Shown here in pieces: positions 25,521 to 32,000 of a stretch of DNA of 32,000 nucleotides (positions within the stretch are counted from its first letter, which is position 1; every line of letters starts with the position of its first letter). Origin of the DNA: an uncultured bacterium (GTDB lineage Bacteria > Patescibacteriota > Gracilibacteria > UBA1369 > PNNO01); the NCBI GenBank assembly GCA_963704705.1, contig OY969931.1, positions 1,050,001 through 1,082,000 on the forward strand, written 5' to 3'. Position numbers and translations under genes: made by a program. The notes under the pieces were generated by a model. The model worked only from the letters and a program-made list of their open reading frames with translations. It did no database searches and was not told the DNA's origin.

Positions 25521-25545
25521 GGTGTTGGGGAAGTATGACAACACC
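25521..25545. promoter_or_regulatory. Inverted repeat in the divergent comEC/trmB-like intergenic region (candidate operator)
   Basis: GGTGTTG (25521-25527), 11 nt, then CAACACC (25539-25545), giving perfect 7-bp arms. It lies 70 nt upstream of the TrmB-like ATG at 25615. Confidence 0.3.
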
Positions 25546-25614
25546 ATCTGCTTTACAAAAAGTCAAATTTATTTATTAATATATGTCTACGCTAAATATT
25601 TGACTAATTTAAAA

Positions 25615-26331
25615 ATGTATAGCCTAATAAAACTTCTCCAACAAATCGGCTTATCAGAAAAAGAATCGAAAGCTTATCTTATTACTCTTAAAATAGGTAC
25701 AAACCCTGCGAGTACAATTGCAAAATACATTCAATATAATAGAAGCACGATGTATTCAATATTGGAGAATCTTGTTAAAAAAGGCTTAATAATCCAATTC
25801 GAAAAAAACAGTATTAGGTATTTTACTGCAGTAGAACCGCGTTATTTACTAAATTATATAGAAGATAAAAAAAGAACGCTTACTCATTATAAATCAGCAA
25901 TCGATCAAAAAATTCCAGAACTTGAAGCATTAAAAAATCCATATCAATTAATACCAAATGTTAAATCATTTATAGGTAAAGAAGGAATTAAAAAAATTCT
26001 CGAAGAAGTAATTAACCAATCGAAACTTTGGATACTCGCTTCCCCATCAAAACAAACTCACTCATTTTTCACAAATCAGATTCCATTGTATTTAAGCAAA
26101 TACCCAGCTATTAATTTGATCATTACTGATGATAAAACTTACAATAAATACCATATTACATCTGCAAACGAAATTCAGTCACTCCCTGCAATAAAACCCA
26201 TACAATGTATTGGTCAAAATAAAATATTCATTATTTCAACTAATGAAAATTATGGTGTTGAAATCGAAAATTCAGATATAGTGAATCATTTTGAAAAACA
26301 ATTCGAACATGCATGGAACAGCAAGAAATAA
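25615..26331 (+). CDS. TrmB-family transcriptional regulator
   Basis: 'LLQQIGLSEKESKAYLITLKIGTNPASTIAKYIQYNRSTMYSILENLVKKGLIIQFEKNSIRYFTAVEP' is the TrmB winged-helix N-domain. I prefer ATG 25615; the track ORF begins at an upstream alternative start, 25522. Confidence 0.8.
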   Translation: MYSLIKLLQQIGLSEKESKAYLITLKIGTNPASTIAKYIQYNRSTMYSILENLVKKGLIIQFEKNSIRYFTAVEPRYLLNYIEDKKRTLTHYKSAIDQKIPELEALKNPYQLIPNVKSFIGKEGIKKILEEVINQSKLWILASPSKQTHSFFTNQIPLYLSKYPAINLIITDDKTYNKYHITSANEIQSLPAIKPIQCIGQNKIFIISTNENYGVEIENSDIVNHFEKQFEHAWNSKK

Positions 26332-26335
26332 AAAA

Positions 26336-26362
26336 GCCCCCTTCCGCGAAACGAAAGAGGGC
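26336..26362 (-). terminator. Intrinsic terminator-like hairpin between convergent genes
   Basis: GCCCCCTTCCG / CGAAAGAGGGC form an imperfect stem (4+3+2 bp with two mismatches). On the minus strand a T-run follows it (the complement of AAATAAAAAA at 26326-26335), which fits termination of the lipoprotein gene. It may also act on the plus-strand gene. Confidence 0.45.
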
Positions 26363-26379
26363 TGATTATTATCATGAAA

Positions 26380-27435
26380 CTATTGTGCTGTCGTTGTATT
26401 ATCTGTCGTTGTATTATCTGTCGTTGTATTATCTGTCGTTGTATTATCTGTCGTTGTATTATCTTCAGTCATGGTATCGTCTATTTTCAAATCTCCCATC
26501 ATAGCATTAATTTCTTCATCAGTCATCGTGCTGTTGTCAGATGTTGATGGATCAGACGTCATTGCTCCTCCGAACATAAGTCCCATCATATCTTCTTCAG
26601 TGAATTCTTTATCATATTCAGGAGTTGTAACTTTAGCTGATTTAGTTGGATTAACTTTCAATGTCATATTGATAGTTCCGTTCATTTCAGGGTCATTTAA
26701 AGTCATCGCTCCTCCAAAACCTGTTAATACCATATCGTCAACTGCAACATAAACATCACCTTTTATATCAGCTGCAGCAAAGAATTTCTCAGCATCTGTA
26801 GTATCAGTTCCCTGCATTAAATCCAATATAAGTTGTTCGTCGATTTCTGCAGTAAAGTGATAACTCTTAAGACCTAAAATATCAGTTGTTCCTTTATATT
26901 CAATATTTTTAAAAGGAAGAGGGTCGTTTTCCTGATAATCAACCTGCATAATACCTGAATTTATTAAATCGTCAGATGTAACAAAAGAAAGTTTTACCCA
27001 TTTACCCAAATAATCTTCAAGGTATAAATTAGCAAGTTCCTGACTGTCAGGGTCAGATAGATCTACTTTTTCAATTTTAATAAACACACCATCAGCAGTT
27101 GATCTTAGTTCAAGATTAGCTTTTAATTTTTCTCCGTTCATATCAGCGTCTACAGCCATTACAATGCTCAATTCTCCTGTATCAGAATTTGAGCTTCCAT
27201 TCAAAGAAAAATTTCCATCAAGTGAATTTTGTTCTCCGTCCACTTCTCCTTTAAGATTTGCATCAGCTTTCAATTCAAACACAGCCTGTGTGTATTCAGT
27301 CTGGTTGAGTAAAGCTTTTGTAATTACATCTTCCGGAGACATTCCAGCTGGCAATCCTTCTTGTGCGCATCCACCAGCAAAAGCAAGAATTCCAATGCCC
27401 AGTGTAATAAGAACCATTTTTGAAAGTGCTTTCAT
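26380..27435 (-). CDS. Lipoprotein of unknown function with a C-terminal (DNTTT)5 repeat tail
   Basis: The signal 'MKALSKMVLITLGIGILAFAGGC' has a lipobox-like AGGC. The body is beta-rich and acidic. The C-terminus is 'EDNTTTDNTTTDNTTTDNTTTDNTTTAQ'. Confidence 0.8.
   Translation of the reverse strand: MKALSKMVLITLGIGILAFAGGCAQEGLPAGMSPEDVITKALLNQTEYTQAVFELKADANLKGEVDGEQNSLDGNFSLNGSSNSDTGELSIVMAVDADMNGEKLKANLELRSTADGVFIKIEKVDLSDPDSQELANLYLEDYLGKWVKLSFVTSDDLINSGIMQVDYQENDPLPFKNIEYKGTTDILGLKSYHFTAEIDEQLILDLMQGTDTTDAEKFFAAADIKGDVYVAVDDMVLTGFGGAMTLNDPEMNGTINMTLKVNPTKSAKVTTPEYDKEFTEEDMMGLMFGGAMTSDPSTSDNSTMTDEEINAMMGDLKIDDTMTEDNTTTDNTTTDNTTTDNTTTDNTTTAQ
26389..26463. repeat. Perfect tandem repeat, 5 copies of 15 bp (TGTCGTTGTATTATC)
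   Basis: I counted copies at 26389, 26404, 26419, 26434 and 26449, all identical. The repeat is in frame with the minus-strand lipoprotein gene, where one unit encodes DNTTT. Confidence 0.95.
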
Positions 27436-27506
27436 ATATAAAAAGGTTAAAGATAACTAAAAAAAATTGTAATGAATAAAGCCTCGGATGTAAAGTTCAA
27501 GTGGTC

Positions 27507-27535
27507 TTCCAAAATAAATACAAAAAAGGTATGAT
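27507..27535 (+). promoter_or_regulatory. Candidate promoter for the SLH/CAP gene
   Basis: TTCCAA (27507-27512), a 17-nt spacer, then TATGAT (27530-27535). It lies inside the GTG-extended ORF, which argues for the ATG 27549 start. Confidence 0.3.
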
Positions 27536-27548
27536 ATTTTTACTGTTT

Positions 27549-30005
27549 ATGAAAAAGAAAATAAGTAAAATTTTGGCTTTATCTATAGCGTTTTTGCTTT
27601 TAACTGCGGCACCTGTCGCAAGCGCATCCACTTTTGCTGATGTCCCATATTCTCATCCTCAGAGCAATGCTATTTCGTATTTGCAATCATATAACATCGT
27701 AGAAGGTTATGATGACAACACTTTCAGGCCGGATAATTTAATTAACAGGGTTGAATTTTTAAAAATCGTTCTTGAAGGAACCAATGTGTCTTTAGACAAC
27801 AACATTGCAACAGGTTTTAATGATGTTGATGAAAGTCAATGGTATATACCTTATATAAGGAAAGCAAAAGCAGAAGGATGGGTGCAGGGTTATCCCGACA
27901 ACACATTTAGGCCTTTAAGCCCTATTAATAAAGTGGAAGCATTGAAAATTTTAGGAGAAGTTCAGAATTGGGATATACTTGCCCTTGGAGAAGTTCCTGA
28001 AGCAGCTTATAAAGACACCTACAGATTCAGCTGGTATTCACCATATGTTTATTTTGCTAAAGATCATAACCTTTTAACTGAAGAAAAAGATTATCTTGAG
28101 CCCGGAAAAGAAATTACAAGAGCCTATATGGCTGAACTTGTTTATCAGAGTATTGTTCAAAATGTAATTTTATATAAACCGTTTCAAACTGCTGAAGACA
28201 AAATTAAGGAGGTTAAAACAATTGAAACCCCAAGCACCTTTACCACAATAAGCCCGACTTTTTTTGATGGTGTTGTTTTGGATTCAGCAATACCAAACAC
28301 CTTTTATTTAAATGAAGTATATGTTGTTGAAGGTGAAATAACAGGTACGCGCAATTACGATTCAATTTTTGCATTTTTCGCTGAAAAAAACGACGGAACA
28401 AATATATTCACGCATATGCTTGGAACTTTAAAGGGCAATAGATTTGAAATACCGCTTGTTTTCAGAAAAGCAGGAACTTATCAGCTCGGAATAATTCCAG
28501 GAACTGCAGGTGAAAGTAACGTAGTGGATATAACAGTATTAGATGGTATTCCACCTGAAGGCACAAATTCAAACCTAACTAAACCATCTAATCTTAATAT
28601 AAATTTTAAAAACGACACAACTTCAGTTACCTGGGATGATAATGGAAATGATGTATTCAGGGTTTATTTTTATCAGGATAGCACTGTACATTCCTATTTG
28701 GTTAGAGATAGAAATTCTTTGGATATTTTTTATAAAGATTTTAAGAACTTTGATGAAGGAAATATTGACTGGAGAGTTTATGGAGCAAAAGCAACATCAC
28801 TTTCTCCCCTTAAACTTGAAAGTACATGGAGCCAAAGTACTGATTATAATTTCGAAGCAGTAACTCACAATTTCAGACTTTCGCTGGATGATTCAATAAC
28901 ATATTCAACCATCCCTGAGTTACTTCCTTCAAATAAACCAATTGAAGTTTCAGGTTCAACTCAGGAGAACATATTTAATACCGGAGCAGTAATAAAGCCT
29001 GATGGTTCAGCCGATACTTTTAAAATAAACACAAATTCAACACTTCTTGATTATTTTGGAAATGAAATTATTTCATCCGGTTCAACCTTTAACTTTACAT
29101 ACAATCCGCAAACAATAGGTGTTTATATTCTTGAAATAAATAATCAGGGAGGCAGCGCTGTTTTAAATGTTCCTGTTTATATTGGAGATATTATACCTTT
29201 TATACCTGATTTCTTTGACTTACAGGATCCGTTTGAAAAAACATATACTCTTGATTTAAATGCTAAAAGAAACGAACTTCTTAACTATATTAATGTTGAA
29301 CGCGCTGCACACGGCCTTTCTTCTGTTACTTTTAGAGATGATCTAAATAATCTGGCACAAAATTATGCAACCGACATGGTTGATCGACATTTTTTCTCAC
29401 ATATTGACCCTGATGGAGGCGATCCTGATACCAGAAGAGAAGCTTTGGGTATAAAAACAAATGTTGGTGAAAATCTTGCACATTCCCCAAGTGTTTATTT
29501 TGCTCACCAAGCCTTGATGCGAAGTGCAATTCATCGTGAAAACATATTGGATCCAAATTGGGATAATATTGGGATTGGTATAGAACTTGACGGTTCAGGG
29601 GACATGATGATAGTGGAAGAATTCTCTCATCATCTTTGGAACAAGACTGATATTCAAAATTTTGAAAACCAATTATTAGATAAAATCAATAATGAACGCG
29701 GCAGCAGCTTGATTGTAAATTCAACATTGGTTGATGTTGCAAGAACATGGTCTCAAAATATGATAGACCAAAACTACTTTTCTTTTACGTCTCCTTCTGG
29801 TATAAACCTCATTGATGAAGTACATAACAGCGGAGTAACAAATGAAGGCCGCGCTTATATTTTAAAAGAAGGAACTTTAGATTCATTATTCAGAAAATTG
29901 ATTGAAGACAGCGATGTTTTGCTCAGCAAATGGAGGATAATCGGAATTGGTGTGACTCAAAATGAATGGAGCTCCTTGTATGTAACAGTACTTTATACGG
30001 AATAA
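27549..30005 (+). CDS. Large secreted envelope protein: signal peptide, three SLH repeats, two beta-sandwich-like modules with an FN3-like spacer, and two C-terminal CAP/SCP (YkwD-like) domains
   Basis: Signal peptide 'MKKKISKILALSIAFLLLTAAPVASA'. SLH repeats: 'FADVPYSHPQSNAISYLQSYNIVEGYDDNTFRPDNLINRVEFLKIV' and 'FNDVDESQWYIPYIRKAKAEGWVQGYPDNTFRPLSPINKVEALKIL'. CAP domain 1: 'LLNYINVERAAHGLSSVTFRDDLNNLAQNYATDMVDRHFFSHIDPDG...GENLA...HRENILDPNWDNIGIGI'. CAP domain 2: 'LLDKINNERGSS...ARTWSQNMIDQNYFSFTSPSG...WRIIGIGV'. The track ORF starts at GTG 27501. Confidence 0.88.
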   Translation: MKKKISKILALSIAFLLLTAAPVASASTFADVPYSHPQSNAISYLQSYNIVEGYDDNTFRPDNLINRVEFLKIVLEGTNVSLDNNIATGFNDVDESQWYIPYIRKAKAEGWVQGYPDNTFRPLSPINKVEALKILGEVQNWDILALGEVPEAAYKDTYRFSWYSPYVYFAKDHNLLTEEKDYLEPGKEITRAYMAELVYQSIVQNVILYKPFQTAEDKIKEVKTIETPSTFTTISPTFFDGVVLDSAIPNTFYLNEVYVVEGEITGTRNYDSIFAFFAEKNDGTNIFTHMLGTLKGNRFEIPLVFRKAGTYQLGIIPGTAGESNVVDITVLDGIPPEGTNSNLTKPSNLNINFKNDTTSVTWDDNGNDVFRVYFYQDSTVHSYLVRDRNSLDIFYKDFKNFDEGNIDWRVYGAKATSLSPLKLESTWSQSTDYNFEAVTHNFRLSLDDSITYSTIPELLPSNKPIEVSGSTQENIFNTGAVIKPDGSADTFKINTNSTLLDYFGNEIISSGSTFNFTYNPQTIGVYILEINNQGGSAVLNVPVYIGDIIPFIPDFFDLQDPFEKTYTLDLNAKRNELLNYINVERAAHGLSSVTFRDDLNNLAQNYATDMVDRHFFSHIDPDGGDPDTRREALGIKTNVGENLAHSPSVYFAHQALMRSAIHRENILDPNWDNIGIGIELDGSGDMMIVEEFSHHLWNKTDIQNFENQLLDKINNERGSSLIVNSTLVDVARTWSQNMIDQNYFSFTSPSGINLIDEVHNSGVTNEGRAYILKEGTLDSLFRKLIEDSDVLLSKWRIIGIGVTQNEWSSLYVTVLYTE

Positions 30006-30006
30006 C

Positions 30007-31527
30007 ATGAACTTTAAAACAAGAAAAATCAGATATAAAAGAAGAAGCTATTTTAAAGATATTGCAAATAGAATCGGTTCAATATTCAAACATAATAAAA
30101 CGATAAACAACGTTAAACATAAAACAAATTTTGGTTTAATCGTATCAATTATAATTGTCGTTGTTCTTTTCTTTTATGGTTGCAGCGTTGTTATTTCAAA
30201 AATTGGATTAATTAATGTTATTGGATTTTTCGGGGAACCGTTAGATACAGATGTTTATGGAAATACAAATATATTAATGCTTGGAACGGGTGGTGGTGAC
30301 CATGATGGGGCAGATCTAACAGATACAATAATTGTCGCAAGCATTGATCAAAAAAATAAATTAGTTCCGATGCTTTCAATTCCGCGTGATTTTTATGTTA
30401 ATGTCCCTCAGTTGGGCGGAGGTTTAAGAATTAATAATATCTATGAACTTGGAAAAGAAAAATATGATTCAGTAACCGGAATTCAGCTAGCAAAACAAGC
30501 GATTGAAGATATTACAGGAGTAAATATCCATTATTATGTAAAAGTGGATTTTGCCGGTTTTAAAGACATTGTTGACAGTCTTGATGGTGTTGATATTTAT
30601 GTTGATGAAGCAATACATGATCCTTATTACCCTAAAGAAGAAACTACTCAATACGAAACATTTGATTTACCTGCAGGGCAAACACATATGGATGGTGCAA
30701 CAGCGCTTAAGTATGCAAGAAGCCGAAAAACAACCAGCGACTTCGACAGATCAAAACGTCAGCAAAAACTTTTATTTGCTATAAAAGCAAAAGCCATGCA
30801 AAAAAATATTTTACTTAATCCGGGTAAAATAACTGAATTATATAATGCTGTTAGCAGCCACATTGAAACAAATCTTTCAATAAGGCATATAATTGAACTT
30901 GCTAAAGTTTCTCAGGATTTCAATCAGGAAAACATTGTTTCAAAAGTAATGACTGATGATCCAACCCGCTGTGGTGGATTCCTTTATGTGCCTGAAAGGG
31001 ATTTATTCGGAGGAGCATATGTTCTTGTGCCTATCGGAAATACATATAATTTTATTCATCAGTATGTTGATTTGATTTTCCATTATCCTGAACTCAATAA
31101 AAATCCAATCAAAATTCAGGTATTGAACGGTACCAAATCCCCTGGCCTGGCAGTTGAAAGTAAGGCTATACTGCAAAGGTTATGTTTTGATGTTATCAGA
31201 TACGGCAATGCACAATCACAAAATATTGAAAATACGACACTTTATTATAAAGAAGCTCCGGCTTCATCTGAAGAAGAAGTTGATACAAAACAAAACGTGC
31301 CTGATGCGCTTTATTTCATTAAGCAATTAATTCCAGGTGAAATTTCAACTGATATCCCTGAAAAATATTTTGAACCTCAATATGAAAGTGACGCTGATGT
31401 TATTTTGGAATTAGGTGAAAATTATGCAAAGTCAAAACCAAACGATATTTTCTATTTATACTACCCTACTGACAATGGCTCAAGTGAAACAGCAGAAACA
31501 ACTACCGCAGAAACTCCCACCGAATAA
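30007..31527 (+). CDS. LytR-CpsA-Psr (LCP) family cell-wall polymer ligase with a C-terminal LytR_C-like domain
   Basis: N-terminal TM helix 'FGLIVSIIIVVVLFFYGCSVVI'. LCP core: 'NILMLGTGGGDHDGADLTDTIIVASIDQKNKLVPMLSIPRDFYV', 'HYYVKVDFAGFKDIVDSLDGVDIYV' and 'MDGATALKYARSRKTTSDFDRSKRQQKLL'. C-terminal domain: 'IKIQVLNGTKSPGLAVESKAIL'. It starts 1 nt after the upstream stop. Confidence 0.9.
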   Translation: MNFKTRKIRYKRRSYFKDIANRIGSIFKHNKTINNVKHKTNFGLIVSIIIVVVLFFYGCSVVISKIGLINVIGFFGEPLDTDVYGNTNILMLGTGGGDHDGADLTDTIIVASIDQKNKLVPMLSIPRDFYVNVPQLGGGLRINNIYELGKEKYDSVTGIQLAKQAIEDITGVNIHYYVKVDFAGFKDIVDSLDGVDIYVDEAIHDPYYPKEETTQYETFDLPAGQTHMDGATALKYARSRKTTSDFDRSKRQQKLLFAIKAKAMQKNILLNPGKITELYNAVSSHIETNLSIRHIIELAKVSQDFNQENIVSKVMTDDPTRCGGFLYVPERDLFGGAYVLVPIGNTYNFIHQYVDLIFHYPELNKNPIKIQVLNGTKSPGLAVESKAILQRLCFDVIRYGNAQSQNIENTTLYYKEAPASSEEEVDTKQNVPDALYFIKQLIPGEISTDIPEKYFEPQYESDADVILELGENYAKSKPNDIFYLYYPTDNGSSETAETTTAETPTE

Positions 31528-31531
31528 TAAA

Positions 31532-32000
31532 ATGCGACTCGCACGTTTCATTGCAATGAATTCAGAATATTCACGCAGAAAAGCTGAAGACCTTATTAGT
31601 GAAGGGCGTGTTAAATTAAATAATAAAACATCCAAATTAGGTGAACTAATAAACATTGAAAAAGATAAAGTTTTTATTGATGGCAAAATCCTCAAACCCA
31701 TAGCAGCAAGAATTACTTTAATGCTAAACAAACCTGCCGGTTATACAACTACAAAAAAAGACCCGCATGCCAATAAAACCGTAATGGATTTGATTCCTCA
31801 TAAAGATGTTTTTCCGGTAGGAAGACTTGATAAAGATACTGAAGGGCTTCTTTTACTTACAAACGATGGTGATTTAGCATATAAATTAACTCACCCAAAA
31901 TTCGAACATGAAAAGGAATACTATGTTGAACTTAAAAATCCTGTTTCAAATGATGAAATTAAAAAAATCGAAAATGGCATAATTTTAGATGGCAAAAAAA
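31532..32000 (+). CDS. Partial CDS (3' end beyond the right edge): RsuA/RluB-family pseudouridine synthase with an N-terminal S4 domain
   Basis: Missing from the ORF track because it has no stop in the window. Translation: MRLARFIAMNSEYSRRKAEDLISEGRVKLNNK (S4 domain) ... 'LMLNKPAGYTTT' ... 'FPVGRLDKDTEGLLLLTNDGDLAYKLTHPKFEHEKEYYV' (catalytic RLD motif). The frame is open to 32000. Track ORF 31480-31731(-) is its antisense shadow. Confidence 0.88.
   Translation, partial: MRLARFIAMNSEYSRRKAEDLISEGRVKLNNKTSKLGELINIEKDKVFIDGKILKPIAARITLMLNKPAGYTTTKKDPHANKTVMDLIPHKDVFPVGRLDKDTEGLLLLTNDGDLAYKLTHPKFEHEKEYYVELKNPVSNDEIKKIENGIILDGKK

Noticed and set aside
26389-26463. Possible CRISPR array, given the regularly spaced identical repeats
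   Set aside because: The units are directly adjacent with no spacers and are only 15 bp long. They sit in frame inside a coding sequence, and no cas genes are in the window.
26313-26504. Track ORF (63 aa) containing LSLYY repeated five times
   Set aside because: It is the antisense reading of the 15-bp tandem repeat. It begins inside the 3' end of the TrmB-like gene, crosses the terminator hairpin and has no independent support. The minus-strand frame (DNTTT x5) continues a 351-aa lipoprotein.
1-32000. Alternative genetic code with UGA recoded, as in some CPR lineages
   Set aside because: TGA ends jag (4811-4813) and the SLH-RlpA gene (5811-5813) at sensible positions, immediately before the next start. 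All conserved proteins are full length under the standard code.

Overview
This window is AT-rich and densely coding. It reads cleanly with the standard bacterial code; TGA works as a stop (for example jag at 4811-4813 and the SLH-RlpA gene at 5811-5813). I support 31 protein-coding genes and 1 tRNA.

The supplied ORF track misses three protein genes and, being protein-only, the tRNA:
- a 538-codon gene that runs off the left edge (1-1614, minus strand)
- rpmH (2512-2655, only 47 aa)
- a pseudouridine synthase that runs off the right edge (31532-32000)
- tRNA-Glu(UUC) at 6200-6274

Housekeeping content:
- the rpmH-rnpA-yidC-jag cluster
- ilvD
- a GH1 beta-glucosidase
- a DJ-1/PfpI protein
- a class II (B12-dependent) ribonucleotide reductase, nrdJ, with candidate tandem NrdR boxes upstream
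- a nitroreductase, an Mth938/AAMDC-like protein, SixA and a BASS-type transporter
- a ComEC channel next to a TrmB-like regulator

The rest is dominated by cell-envelope and surface genes:
- two proteins with three N-terminal SLH repeats, one fused to an RlpA-type DPBB domain and one to beta-sandwich modules plus two CAP/SCP domains
- an LCP (LytR-CpsA-Psr) ligase packed directly behind the second SLH protein
- a lipoprotein ending in a perfect 5 x 15-bp tandem repeat that encodes (DNTTT)5
- a secreted, internally duplicated protein with a short collagen-like G-X-Y run and a C1q/TNF-like segment
- a VanY/M15-type peptidase with no leader peptide

Gene content and style suggest a small-genome bacterium with a Gram-positive-type envelope, possibly CPR/Patescibacteria-like. 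That is inference only.

I found no canonical defence system, CRISPR array, transposase or integrase. The best candidates for something undescribed are:
- the divergent pair of surface fibre and leaderless peptidase (8973-12194)
- the SLH/CAP/LCP envelope module (26380-31527)
- the tandem membrane-anchored methyltransferase paralogues, which end in a GC-rich palindromic element (22837-24032)

Every functional call rests on motif recognition by eye. No database search was run.
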